Shown piece after piece: positions 41,283 to 55,305 of a stretch of DNA of 64,000 bases. Made by a program: the position numbers and the translations under genes. Origin of the DNA: Selaginella moellendorffii (Eukaryota > Plantae > Lycopodiophyta); assembly GCF_000143415.4 (NCBI RefSeq), contig NW_003314426.1, positions 124,001 to 188,000 of the forward strand, given 5' to 3'. Under the pieces are notes generated by a model, which ran no database searches, had not been told where the DNA came from, and saw only the letters and a program-made list of their open reading frames with translations. Numbering within the stretch: the stretch's first letter is position 1; each line of letters starts with the position of its first letter.

Positions 41283-41899
41283 CATTGGTCATAAGCTAGA
41301 ATACAATAGAGAAGTGCTAACTCTCCCCTTTAATTACTCTTACATGGTGGCAACTGCCACTTCTTCATGAGTCATGATTGTCAACTACGAAGCTTTGCGC
41401 TTTTTTTAGCGAGCTGGTCATTGATGCATTGTGTTTCTGCACATACTGTCCTCTAGGACATATCTCTAGAGTTAGGATTTTGCTCTTTGCAATGGAGTGT
41501 CAAGTTTGAGTCCTTGTGGTAACTTTCTTGAGTTTTTTCTTTGTTGGTGTGGTAGTGTTGGAAAAGCTTGCTTTATGTTGGTCTTTGGCATGTTTGTTAA
41601 TGAGTCTTAAGACATTTGTTAGTATCTAAATCTTGTTTTGGGTCAAAGTTCTTCAAATTATTATTTTTCTTCATGTTGTTTTCTTGAGCTTGATTTTTCA
41701 GAGTTTTTCTTGTGTTGGATTTTTGAATTTGAGCTTTGTGTTTTTTTATTGTGTTGAGTTCTTGAGCTTGAACTTTGTAAATCTTAAATGTGTTGAAATT
41801 TTGAGTTTGAGTTTTCATAGTCTTGATCTTTTGATCTTCATGCCTGTAGTTCTTCTTGATATTTCATTCTTGATCTTTAAAATTGAAACCTTCATTTCT

Positions 41900-43460
41900 T
41901 TTAAGATTGTTGTTGATGATGTTTGAGTCGTATGATTGGTATTTCTTAAGCTTGTTAAGGTTGACGGTTTGGAGATGTTTGCCATCGAATGTTGCGATTG
42001 TTCCCATTCCTGGAGCTTTGAATTTTTTAATGAGGAATGGTCCTTCTCATCTTGACTTCACTTTCGAGCTGATTTTCTCAATGTTTTTTAGAAACTAAAG
42101 TACTTGATCATTGATCTTGAATTCTTTATTTTTCTTTAATTTTCTCTTTTAGTCATGGTTGAATTTTCTTCAAGCTTAAATGGCTTCGAGTGTCTAAATT
42201 GCTTATAGTCTTTCTTTATCAAGTTTTTCTAGTATGACTAGTTTTTTTTTAATTGATTCTTCTTGGTTGATCTCGTAGTATATTGCCATTCACAATGAAG
42301 GACGATGTACTTGAGTGGTGTTAAGGATTCTAAGTCATAAGCAAGCTTGAATAATGTCGAATTTGTTGAAACCTTGTATGTTGTTCAATATACCCATAAG
42401 GTATTGTAAATATGATTGTCCCAATCTTTCTAATTTGTTTTTATGATTTTCTTGAGGATGTTCTTAAGTGTCTTGTTTATCAACTCTGCTTAACCGTTGC
42501 CTTGAGGGTAGTATGGTGTTAAAACCTTATGTTTGTTTCTCTTGAAGCTTGTTATAAGTAGTCCAAAGAAGTCGAGTCCTTATCGTTAAAATGGTTCCAG
42601 TGGTGTTGTTAGATGAAGCTCTTAAATTTGTTTCTTTGATGTGTACTTGGTTTGTTGACAAATGTTGCATTCTTGACAAAATTTTACTAAGTTATGCCAA
42701 AGTGTTAGCCACCAGAGTCCTATTTGCAAAATCTTGTGAGCTGTGATTTCTTCTGTGAAGTGGCCTCTTGCTTGTCCATAATGGGCTTCTCCAAGTAGAT
42801 CTTGAGTTCTTCAAGTTGTACACATCTTCGTAGCACATTGTCTCGTCCTTTTTTGTACAATCCTCCTCCCACGACTGAATACCTCAAGGCAAATTGTTTA
42901 CGGTGATTAGAGATGGAGTATCGATTTGGAATTATTGTTGTTATTAGGTAGTAGTAGATGTCATTCGTCCATGTTGATGATGTGTGGATGCAAAGTATGT
43001 TGGAGTCAGGAAAGTCGTCCATATTATATTTTAGTTGTTCACTAGTTGTAATGTAGTTAAGGTGGTTGGTTTATACATGTTGTTTGCCAGATTTGTGAAT
43101 AATCTTGAAGTTGTATGCTTGAAGTAATAAGAACCATCAGGCAATTCTACCGGTGAAGATGGTCTTGTTGAGGAGATGTAAAAGTGTTTTGTAGTTAACA
43201 ATGATCTTGACTTTGGTGCCGAGTAGGTAGTGTCAAAACTTTTATAGTGCATAGACCATTGCTAAAACTTCTTTTTTAGTGGTGGTGTAGTTCATCTCAG
43301 CTGAGTTGAGTCTTCAGCTCACATAATAAATTGGTCGGTCTTTGAGGTCTTATTGTTGTTGAGAAAGTATTGCTCTGATGGCATAATCAAAGGTGTCAAT
43401 GTGTATTGAAGTCTTTGTCCCAGTTTGGTTGGGCAAGTATTGGAGCCCTTGTTAAGGAAT
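41900..43460 (-). pseudogene. Old degenerate gypsy RNaseH/integrase remnant
   Basis: Fragments such as LYKKGRDNVLRRCV, PYYPQGNG-like and YTTTKKEVLA. Confidence 0.65.
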
Positions 43461-43461
43461 T

Positions 43462-46400
43462 TGTTAGGAACCCCCCAATTCTTGCTACATTCCTGACTCT
43501 CGCCAAATTCCTAACCCACAGACCACATTCCTGACTCTCAAGACACGACCACATTCCTGACTCTTAAGACACTTCCCTATTCCTGACTCTTTGATTTCCT
43601 GTATGATTCCTGATTCTCGAACCACATTGCTGATGATGATGTGGCACCTCCTCGACCTCAGTTATATTTAGACTGTCCTCGATCCAAGAGTGCTGAAGCT
43701 TCATCAACCTATAGTATATATAGGTTAGCTTTATTCCATTTCTTCACAATATGAATCAACATTAGTCTAAGGCCTTTTCTTCATCTCCACTAGCTTTTCT
43801 CTTTGTCTTTTGCATTTTCCAGTCCTGATCTTATTGGGGGTCTTGATAGTTTCCCGGCGATGTTCTCAAGCAAGCGTTTGGAGCTTCGCAGATTCCTGAA
43901 CCAGATGGAGCTGATCTTTGCACTTCAATATCGGTGGTACCCCACTCTCGAGTCTCAAATCAGCACGATCGGGACATTGGTCAAAGGTGCAGCTTTGTCA
44001 TAGTTTTCTCCTCTCCTGGAGAAGAGCATGAAAGGGGTCATGGTTCTGGAGCTGATGGATCTTCAGTTGTTCAAAGAGGATCTTGAAGCATGTTTTGGTG
44101 AGATAGATTGGGTTTGGGCTGCCACCACAAAGATGAGACGTCTCTCTCAGGGGTCTTATCTTGCCTCAATCTATGCTACAGAGTTCCAACTCCTTGCCTT
44201 GGATACTCAATGGGATGAGCGGGCCTTGATTGATCAATTTCGTTTTGGCCTCAACAACAGTGTCAAGGATTTGTTGCTCACCATGGAGGATCCAACAGAC
44301 CTATCGGACGCCATCAACAAAGCTATTTGATGCGATAATCGTCTCTTTGAACATTGTTAGGAAAGTCACCACACCACCGTTTTCCCGTCCCAGACTCAAG
44401 AATCCCAGCTTGAGTCTTTGGGGCATACTCCTGAACCTACTACTCCGGTCCTAATGGATATTTCTGGTACTCCCCGACTCATCAGAGGGAAGCTAAGTCC
44501 TGCTGAGAAGCAAAGTCGAGTATCTTAGAATCTTTGCCTCTACTGTGCCGATCCTAATCACTAAGCAGCTGTGTGTCCTAAGAAGCCTCCCTGATTGCTC
44601 GAGTTCACTCTGCCTTAAGGTCCACCTCTATTGCAGTCAGAGTAGGAGCTGTCTATTTGAACTCCCCGAATAAAAACAACTTTTCTTCTTTATCAAACTC
44701 CTCACCACCTTTCATCAAAGCCACCACCAATTCCCGCAACTTTCGCATCCTATGTCTCCTTTCTTTCACTGAACAATCAAGACTCAAGGCTCTGGCGCTA
44801 CTGGACTTGAGTGTAACTTCTTGTTTCATGGACATGGACTTTGCTGCGCGACATTATGTTCCTCTTTCTCCTACCATACGGGATATGAGGGTTGAAGGCA
44901 TTGGCAGGCAATTTGTGTCTCCATCTTTTGGACTTAGGGAAACATTGCCTGTTCGAGTACATATTGGGTCCACCGTCACTGATATCGCCTTCAACATCAT
45001 CAACAACAAGTCTTCCTCTGTGGTGCTCGGCCTTCCTTGGTTCCAACTGCACCAACCTCAGATCTATTGGAAGGAATTACAGCTCGTTTCTCCCACATCA
45101 GCATCTCCCATGTCTTCCCCTATTGTTCATCAAGTCCAAATCAAGAAAAGTTCCCTAAACTCAAATTGGGGTTTTGTTCCTAACTCTACAAAGTTTTCAC
45201 CCTCTTATTTTCCCTCTCTTCCATCTTACATTGAACAGTATCCTTGTCCCATCATTCCATTCAGTCATACACCTCCTCCTATCTCCACAATCACTATGAA
45301 AGAACTCCTTCATAAAAAACCTATTTTCCTTTTTGCTTTGCATGTTTCTCTTGTCAGTCTTTCTGAGAAGTATCATGATTTTGGGAATGTGTTTGACAAG
45401 AAAAAAGCTAGTGTACTATCTATTCATCGGCCTTATGACTGTCCTATTAATTTACAGGAAGGAGCATCACCTTCGTGGGGGCCTATCTACAGATTATCCC
45501 TGTCCGAGTTTAAGGCCTTTGTAAGCAACCAAAGGGAATGATTCGAGACATAGTCCATGGGGTTCAAATATAGAGGAAAAGGGCCCATAAACAACAGTGC
45601 ACCCCTTCTCGAATCAGTTAAGAGTTTTGGGATATTTGGGGTTAAGCGTCCTTGGGTTTAAATAGTACTGGGTTGGGTGATCTCCCGAGAAGTCGAAACT
45701 TAGGAGTTTACAGCCCTCAAAGAGTACATGGACGAGAACCTTGCATTGGGGTACATTCAGCATTCACAATCCCTGGCTGGAGCACCTATTTTCTTTGTCA
45801 AGAAGAAGCATGGGAGTTTGCGGTTAGTCATCGACTACTGAGGTTTGAACAAGGTGACTGTTCGGAACCATTATCTTTGGATGGCCTCGGTGGTGTGCAC
45901 TTCTTCACCAAGATTCACCTTTGTGGAGCATACAACCTGATCCAGATCCGGCCTAGCGATGAATGGAAGATTGCATTCTGAACCCGCTATGGCCACTTCG
46001 AGTACACGGTCATGCCCTTTGGCTTGACAAATGCTCCAGCAGTTTTCCAACATATGGCGAACGACATCTTTCGGGAGTTTCTTGATGTGATGGTGATCGT
46101 CTACCTCGACGACATCCTCATCTACTCAAAAACTTAGGAGGAGCACGACGAGCATGTGCGCAAGGTGCTAGTGAAGCTGTGGGAACATGGCCTATACGCA
46201 AAGCTTGAGAAATGTTCCTTCAATCAGGAGTTTGTGGAGTTCCTTGGGTACATTGTCACTCCTGAGGGTATCACGATGGATCCTGCCAAAGTCAAGACTA
46301 TTCTCGAATGGGAGCCTCCACAATCAATGTTAGATGTTTAGGTTTTTCTTGGCTTCACCAATTTTTACCGCAAATTCATTGATCACTACTCCGACATTGT

Positions 46401-48235
46401 CCTTCCTCTCACGCATCTCACTCGCAAGGATGTTCCCTTCTCTTGGTTTGCTCCTGCCCAGCAGGCCTTCGACACACTCAAGGTGGCCTTCAGTTCTACT
46501 CCTGTCTTGATCCACGTTGATCCCTCACAACCTTTCTTCATCAAGGCAGATGCCTCCGACTTTGCCATCGGTGCTATGCTGTCTCAACTCGGAGCAGATC
46601 AGCTCCTTGCCATTGTGGATTCCTTTAGAAAGTGGCATCATTTCTTGGAGGGGGCGAGCCATCAAACAATGGTGTAGACAGATCACAAAAATCTGGAGTA
46701 CTTTGCCACTTCCCGAGTTTTGAGCCATCGTCAGGCAAGGTGGGCACAATTCCTGAGTCAGTTTGACTTTGTTATCAAGTACAAACCTAGAAAGCTTCAG
46801 GGCCTTCCTGATGCTCTTTCAAGGCACTCCTATCTCAGTCTCAGGCCTGGTAATCCTGCTTTCGATCAACAGGATCAAGTTATCCTTGGTCCTGATCTTC
46901 TTCAAGTTATGGCAATTTCCCTGGCCCCTCAGGACTCCTCCTTGATGGACATGATCAGAAATGATCTTCAATCTGACGACCTCGCCAGTGACATTTTCCC
47001 CCATCTTTAGGCTGGACATCCAATGACTCCCGATTGCCGGCGATTTGACAAATTCGAGGTTTTAGATGGTTTGTTGTACCGTGGGGAGCAGATTTACATT
47101 GCTGAAGGTGATGCTTGAAGGTTGGTCCTGATGGCATGCCACGATAGCCCAACTACTGGTCACTTTGGCATTGCGAACTGGTTGCACGGGACTTTTGGTG
47201 GCCTCACATGGACAATTACATCAAAGCTTTTGTTACTTCTTGTGACACTTGTGCCCGGAATAAGGTACCTTGCCACTTTCCTTTAGGTTTGCTTCATTCC
47301 TTCCTAGTCCCTTCAGGTCCTTGGGAATCCATCTCAATGGATTTCTTGAGTGATCTTCCAAGTTCTGGAGGCTTCAACAACATTTTAGTCGTGGTGGATT
47401 GCTTCACAAAGATGGCACACTTCCTGCCGTGTACCAAGGAGCTTTTAGGCGAGGACATGGCAAAACTGATATTCAAGGAAATTTTCCGACTTCATGGGAT
47501 TCTTGCAGATGTAGTTTCGGATCCAGGACCTCAATTCATCTCTCATTTTTGGCAACAGTTCCTGCAGCTTCTTGGAGTGAAGGCCAACCTCTCTTCAGCG
47601 TATCATCCTCAAACTGATGGACAGTCCGAGCGAACGATTTAGACATTGGAACAATTCCTGAGGTGTTTCATCAACTATCATCATAATGACTGGTTCAATA
47701 TCCTTCCCTTTGCTGAGTTCTCCTATAACAACTCCATTCACTCCTCCCTTCAAGTTTCCCCCTTCTTTACAAACTCTGGCTGAAATCCCTAATTTAATCT
47801 CTCACTTCCTTCTCTATCCGAATCCTCTTGTTCAAATCCCCGCTTTGAGGCATTTATCTCTAACCTCTAGAAAATCCATAACTCCATCTCCTTCCACCTT
47901 CATCGTGCTCAAGAATCTCACAAAACATTCACCAATGTCCATCGTCAGGATTGTCCCTTTTACAATATCGGGGATATCCTTAGGTGAAATATCTCCACCA
48001 CCAGGCTATGTCCCAAACTCGATTTCAAATGCCTTGGTCCTTTCCTTATCACTACCATCATTAATCTTGTCATTTATCACCTTGCACTTCCCTCCTCATA
48101 TCAAATTCACCCCGTTTTTCACTCCTCTCTCCTTGAGCCTTATATTCCCAGTCCTATTCCAAATCGAGTCATTCCTCCACCTCCCCAGTGCAGCTTGAAG
48201 ATGGGTCTGAGTACAAGGTTTAGGACATCCTCACC
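43462..48235 (+). mobile_element. Degenerate, 3'-truncated Ty3/gypsy (Tcn1-like) element
   Basis: Probable 5' LTR ~43462-43748 with acattcctgactct repeats; gag, PR, RT (YLDDIL), RH (ADASD) and IN (HPQTDGQSER) fragments with many stops. Confidence 0.85.
45520..45712 (+). mobile_element. Cassandra-like solo LTR containing a 5S rRNA-derived segment
   Basis: TG...CA ends; flanks GCCTT/GCCCT; removal restores [13 protein letters not shown]; gttaagcgtccttgggtttaaatagtactgggttgggtgatctcccgagaagtc resembles the 5S internal control region. Confidence 0.85.
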
Positions 48236-48298
48236 GAGCCTCATTAGTTGTTATTCTTAGCATTCAAGTATATTAAGAAATATATTAGAATATACATT

Positions 48299-51200
48299 TG
48301 TGAGTGCTTGGAATATGAAAAGGGAATACAGAAATGTGCATATCAATTAGCCCAAAAACCCTAGCTTATATACAGGAGCAAGTGGTCTAGATTAAAACCA
48401 ATCCGACGGCTACCAAAATCCCACTACGCTAATATTAGTATATAGCATCGTAACCGTACACTTGGCCTCACATCATCCCATCCTCTCAGGATAATGGAAG
48501 ACCATCAGGGTTCTCTTGAAGATGGGCCGGGATCTGGAGGAACGTCAGGAGGAGGCATCGGTGGATCTGTAGGTGGTATTAACTCCTCCTGATCCCTTTG
48601 TACGAAGCGTTTCAGCCGCTGCACATGCACAATCTCTGGAGGATCGGCCTGCTGAACGTCATGCCGAACCTCATAAACTTGTGGTCCAACTTGCCGCAAC
48701 ACCCGATACGGTCCTTTCCATTGTGCAAGAAGCCTTTTAGATAAACCATGTACCGTAAGATGGGGAAAACGGACTAACACCAAATCATCCACTTTGTACT
48801 CCACAGGTGGACGATGATGGGAGTTGTAGCGCCGTTGTTGTCCCACTTGTACGAGGCCTAAGTGTTTGGCAGACTCTGCTCGAACAAGTGGAAGAATGCT
48901 CGTCAAATACTGATCCCATGATCTAGCATCGGCAGCTCGTGGCAATCGCAAAGGTAAACCCAGCTCCGTTGGTAATATTGGATCATGACCATATAGAAGT
49001 TTATATGGTGAAGCACCAACATAACTCTGCACCCCTGTAACATATGCATACCGAAGAGACGGCAAATAACCATCCCAATCCGAATGCTGAAAGTTCACAT
49101 ACTTCACAATCATCCCTTTGAATGTCCAAACAAGCCGTTCCACCAGACCGTCTGATTGTGGATGATAAGCACTCGTAAAAGTGTGGCGTATCCCCAACCG
49201 AGATGTCAAAACATGAAATACCTCAGCCATAAATGCGGGACCATTATCTGAAAGAATCCGCTCTGGACAAGAATGCTGGAACACCACTCGATTGAGGAGG
49301 AAGTATCCAATAGCAGTTGCAGAGGCGCTAGCAAGAGCACCAACTTCCACCCAACGAGTCAAGTAGTCAGAAGCAATAATAACATACTCATTGCCAGCAG
49401 TTGACCATGGAAAAGGTCCCATAAGATCAAATGCCACTAACTCAAACAGACGGGAAACCGCAATTGACTCCAACCATCCTTTTGCAGCACGAGGGGGAGT
49501 ATTACGAGCTTGGCACCAAACGCAGCTACGCACATACAGGATAATATCACGTCGCATTTCCGGCCAATAGAAAGACCTGCACAGCTTCTCGATGACACGA
49601 CGGTGTCCCATATGCCCACCAAGAACAGGAGAATCATGGTAGGCATGGAGAAACCGTGGAATAAACACCGAAGGCACCACCAGCCGTAAATGATCATCAG
49701 GATCCGTCCCCACAAAATAAAGAAGGCCATCTTCAAGGCAATATTGAGAATGTAAATGCCGGAAAGGCAAGTCATCAGCAAGTGATGCAGGATTTTCAAA
49801 CCCATCTCGAAGCCTTCGAATCCACGGCTCAATCTTTTGAGCCTCACGAACCTCATCAAGAGAAGGTAGATCTTGCTCTGCACCCTATGGACACTGAACG
49901 TCAAGGACAGCAACCGCCGACGGCACAGAATCCTCATCTAGAAAATCCACAGGTGCTGGAACAACAGGTTCGTCAGAAACATGAGAAGTGAGTGGAGAAG
50001 GAAGAGGAGCTCGAGAAAGGGCATCAGCATTAGCCATAGAACTCCCTGGGCGATGAACAACATCAAAATCATATATCTGAAGCTTCAAAGCCCATCAAGC
50101 CGTACGACCAACTAGGTTCTTCTGCTTCAATAATGAAGTAACAGTAGCATGGTCACCTTGAAGTAACGTCCGAGAACCATGTAGATATGCATGAAGTTTC
50201 TCGAAACCCCAGACTGCTACTAAACACTCCTTCTCCGTCGTGGAGTAGTTCATCTCCGCTGGTTGTAATGTACAGCTTATGTATGCAATGGGATGGTGCT
50301 GACCAGGCACACTTGAGCTCTCTTGCATCAACACACCTCCAAGACCAATGTCAGAAGCATCCACGTGCAAAATAAAAGGTCAAGTGTAGTCAAGATACGC
50401 CAAAACCGGAGGAGTCGTCAATAGCTCTTTGAGATCCACGAACGCCCGCTCACAATCCGAAGACCAGATGAAAGATGACGTGGATGACTTCAGCAACGCT
50501 CGCAATTGTGTAGTGCGATCGGAAAGATGATCCACAAAATGACCGAGAGACTGCACCTTACCGAAAAAGCATTGCACATCATTCACACACTTCGGAGTAG
50601 GGAACTTTAGAACAGCCACAAGTTTTTCAGGATCAACTTACAAACCCTCACCAGAAATACAGTACTCAAGATAAGTTGTGTCCTTGGACCCAAACACGCA
50701 CTTTGACCGCTTCAGCTTTAAACCAACGTCGTGTAGCCGATCCAACACTTTACAAACATCACGAACGTGCTCCTCCCACGTCCCCTCTGAGTGGATCAAG
50801 ACATCATCAATGAAGTCAGCAGTCACCTCTGGCATATCGCAAAGAACCTCGTCCATCATCCGCTGGAAAGTTGCTGGAGCATTGTTCAAACCAAACGGCA
50901 TCACTAAGAACTCATACAAACCAAATGGTGTACGAAAAGCAATCTTAGGAATATCTTCTTCAGCCATGGGTACTTGCCAATACCCAGAAGGAAGATCTAG
51001 CTTGGTGAACCAACGACTTCGCCCTAGACGATCCAAGAGATCAACAGTATGAGGAAGAGGATACACATCTGGGATCGTCACTTCGTTTAACGGATGATAG
51101 TCGATGCAGAAACGAATACTCCCATCAGGCTTCGTCACAAGATGAGGTTCATATGCCCAAGGACTCCGCGACTTCCGAATAACACCCTTCTCTAGCATTT

Positions 51201-53306
51201 CCTTGACGTTTGCTCGTAAAATCTTGATCTCCTTAGGTGACTGACGACAAACGGGAACCTTGATTGGACGAGCATCCCCGGTTGGAATCGGATGACATGT
51301 GGCAATCTTGGCCCCAGATGATAGGTAAAATTCAAATAGATCAGAATACTCCTTCATGAGCCGATCAACTGCTGCAACACAAAGATCGTCGGAGGGATCG
51401 GAAAAGGGAAAAGCAGAACAAGATGGAAACATAAAAGGAAAGAGTGGGGGAACAAAAGTAATGGAAGCAGAGGTAGAAGTAGAGGGACGAAGAGGTATGG
51501 AAGTGAGAGGAATGGATGAAACATAAGGAAGTATAAGACAAGGGGAGAAGCCTCAAAATCACACTTGGCATGATTGCGCTGCAACCAATCCATACCAAGA
51601 ATGAGGTTAAAAGCTTGACTTGGCACCACCCGCAACGACTGCAACTCAAGCTCAAGATCGCTCACACGCACAATCAGGTCCACCTCATCCCGTGCACATG
51701 CATATGTACTTCCGTTGCCATAAAGAATGAAAACTGGTTCCGCTGCACGACGCAAGTGTAGATGACAACGTGTGGCAATAGGTCGAGCAATAAAAGATAA
51801 ACTCGAACCTGTATTAACCAACACGGAGAGAATAATAGGAGACCTCTTGTTATAAAAACGAACTTGGAAATTAACACTGGATGAACTGGTGCCGAGTGAA
51901 CCCCTTGATGGTACTCTGGAAAGAAAGATGGAGGGGTCACTGATTTATTCACGCAAGGTCCCTCCATTACTCACGCGACTCCTCGTTTCCCGGATGCATC
52001 TCGGTGTCCAGACCTTCCACTGCAGCAGCACCCATGGGATGTTGCTGACGCCAAGGTCTCCACCTAGGAAATGGAGGTCGCCAATCCGGAAAACGACGGC
52101 AACGCCGATAAGTATGACCAACTTCATCACACGCCTAGCAGCGAACATCACGGCCACGACCATGTCCTCGTGCTTGTCCTTGGACTCGAGCAGCAGCAGC
52201 ATCAACCTCCATTGGAACAGGACCATCACTCATAGGAAGTGGAGCGGAAGGACGTGCAGCGAGAAGTGGAAGAGGCGACGTCTCATAACGTTGTGCCAAG
52301 TGAAGAGCATTGTCAAGGGTGGCAGGAGCAAGTGCATGCATAAGGCCGACAAGATTTTGACGAAGTGCTGGCCACAACATTCCTAGCTTGATCCGCTCTA
52401 ACATATTTGGCTCCGCATTAAGCAAAAGACTTCGGAAACGAATGCCAAATTGCATCACCGACTCAGATGGCCCTTGGCGAAGACAATGCAATTGTTCAAA
52501 AGCATCATCACAATCATCAGCATGTCCGAAGGCGCGTTTGAAGACGTCTGGGAGAACACTCCAATCCCCACGAGTGGCTGCACTCAAACCATTGTACCAC
52601 TGCAACACCGTCCCTTGGAGACACATGGGAAACTCATGCAACCGTCGAGCATCATCCCAAGAATGATATGTGGCAATCACCGTGAAATGATCGAACCAAT
52701 GGTACACATCATCCCCAGGATTCCCGCGAAAGAACTCCGGCCGAACGCGAGGATTGGCACCAAGAGCAGGAGGAGTTGTACCACGTGCCGTAAATGCCGC
52801 CATCAACTGAGTTTGGTTGTTCAACTACAAGCGCATAGCATCAAGCAATTGTACCAATTGCTGCTCTAGAGTCAAAGGAGGAGATTGCTGATTTGCCATG
52901 AAGATGAACGAAAAAGAAAGAGCAAAAGAAGAGAAATGACAAAAAGCTAGAAGGAAATGGTAGATCTAGACAACGCAAAAAGCTAGATCTAAACCAAAAC
53001 CCTGAATAGAAAGAACAAAAGAAGGAAATGGAAAAAGCTAGATCTAGACGATGCAAAAGCTAGATCTAAACCAAAATCCCAAATCCAAGCACTCCTTAGG
53101 GACAATCAAAGATGCCCCTTACCTCCACCAATGTGAGTGCTTAGAATATGGAAAGGGAATACAGAAATGTGCATATCAATTAGCCCAAAAACCCTAGCTT
53201 ATATACAGAAGCGAGTGGTCCAAATTAAAACCAATCCGACAGCTACCAAAATCCCACTACGCTAATATTAGTATACGGCATCGTAACTGTACACTTGGCC
53301 CTCACA
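48299..53306 (-). mobile_element. Ty3/gypsy LTR retrotransposon with short LTRs, decayed
   Basis: LTRs at 48299-48472 and 53132-53306; TSD CATT; PBS tggtggag (tRNA-Ala type); gag 52135-52824, RT 50638-51432, RH 50095-50370, IN 48505-49770. Confidence 0.92.
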
Positions 53307-53404
53307 CATTGTGATATATTTTAGATAGCACAAAAGAAATTTAAAAAGAGTAGTATATTTTAAATAGCACAACAAATTATTTAAAAAGAGGAGTAGTACT
53401 CAAT

Positions 53405-53475
53405 GGAATTTAACAATTGGTTCCTCAAGGTATGGAAGAAACTAGAAACCTAGACAGATAAAATTGATGGATCAA

Positions 53476-53514
<39 letters not shown>

Positions 53515-53895
53515 ATTTGTTTCTTTCTTTCTATGATTTTGCAGAGTCGTCAAAAAAGGTACTCGGCATTGGCTTTGAGGTTCCCATAGGCAAAAAGAAA
53601 CTCATTCACTCTGTACCACAACAGAACTTGCAGGGGTGAGCTTTTAAATGTTCTGAAGCTACTCTCTCTTGTTTTGACTTCCAGGTTCCATGGATTCGAA
53701 AGGCCTGTAGGAAAACGTTTCACAAAGGTGCAGATATTCTCTCTACAAAAATCAACAATCCCGCCATTTTCTTCATCACATCTCCCGAGAATTGGGATAG
53801 CTCTCCAGCTTCCACTTGATCTCTGCCCACTTGAGATGAGATGCATGGATCCTACAAGAAGCCAGCCGTGGACACCACGCTGTTGCATCTCCCGA
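53405..53895 (+). repeat. Inverted paralogue of the sequence downstream of both kinase copies (1690-1955 and 63840-64000)
   Basis: 53734-53894 is the near reverse complement of 63840-64000. Confidence 0.85.
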
Positions 53896-54716
53896 GCTAT
53901 TTTGTTCAAGATGTGTGGTATACCGACGTGAACTATAAATTGCAGTGCAGGATCACATTCTAACTGATTTAATGCTAGAAGCAGCTATGATATCTGACAA
54001 CTCCAAAATGTTGAGCCTTCATGACTTCCAATATGCTTTGTGGAAGGTCCCGATGGTAAGTTTGAGTTTTATTATTCTCGCAAGAAATTAACCAGCTAGG
54101 AAACCCAGAGCAGTTATTAAAGAAATACGTTCCATTTCTTTGTGAGGAGTGTCAGCAATCGCAACTAACACTGATACTTTTGAATTTTTTTTCATCTGTG
54201 CATAATTTAGGTTGATTATGTTTCTCAGTTCGGTATCTACGTCTGGGGAAACTTCTTGTATTGTGTAGGATCATCTCGTTCTTGGACTCCAACATAATAA
54301 AATTCCATCGAGAAGAAATACTAATCTTCTCTATTGCAGGTTCGTGATAGTATTTATCTTATTTTCGCAAAACTTTCCGGGAAGTATACTGTTAATTCTC
54401 CTTGGGCATACTTCCGATGTTGTTTCTTTTCTTTTGGAAAGCTCAGTGTTTTACTTGTCGTCACTAACACTAATACCAGATAGCACTACGCCTGTACAAG
54501 TACATAGCCTGAACATCCTAGCATGGTTTATTTCTGAAACTTCTATTTCGGACGAGAATCAGTTACTGTTGGCCGTGGTTGGCTGCATTGTTGTATGCTT
54601 GACTGAGATTGAGACCCTCTGCATTAGCTATTGCATCAACAACCCACAGATGTATGGCTAAGGGAGGGATGGAAATGAGTGGGATGACCATAACCTAAAC
54701 GAGACGCAGACAAAGT

Positions 54717-55305
54717 TTAATACCTCACAGTCTCAATGGCTGCTTTGCCATCTAGTTTTGAAGCGTAGAACGATTGAAGGTAATTTCCATAGACGCTATC
54801 TTTGAAGCAAGCAGGCGCTTCGTCAGCGACCAGCTGCGCCAGCAGAGCAATGTGACTATCTTCTGCTGGCCCATAGAATGAAGCAATGGAGACTCGAGTT
54901 CGCTCCGAGTTGACAACTGCTCGGTGCTCCACACTCTTGTACGCATCATTGGAAAGAATCTGAATAACACACAATCAAAACCTGGAAATCTCATGCATGC
55001 ACGACTATGACGATCGAAAGAAAGCTTACCTGAAGTTGATCTCCAATGTTGACAACAAAGGCGCCAGGCAGAGGTTTGATCGGCACCCACGCTCCACAGT
55101 GTACAATCTGGAGGCCATCTTTCACCCTGGTGTCCTGCTGGAGTATAGTGAAACCGTTTGGATCCGCGTGAGCGTCCAGTCAGATTGTAAGCTCCGGCTC
55201 CGGACAAGGTGGATAGTAGTTCATCCTCATCGCATGCCTCTCTCCTTCAAAAGCTTCCTCCAGAGCACCACTTTCCAGTCCCAGTGACTCCGAGAACAAT
55301 CCAAG
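54717..55305 (-). pseudogene. 2-oxoglutarate/Fe(II) dioxygenase, C-terminal half
   Basis: MRMNYYPPCPEPELTI, H-x-D, INIGDQLQ / intron / ILSNDAYKSVEHRAVVNSERTRVSIASF. Confidence 0.85.

Noticed and set aside
45590-45700. 5S rRNA gene
   Set aside because: Partial and diverged, and enclosed in a TG...CA LTR with a TSD
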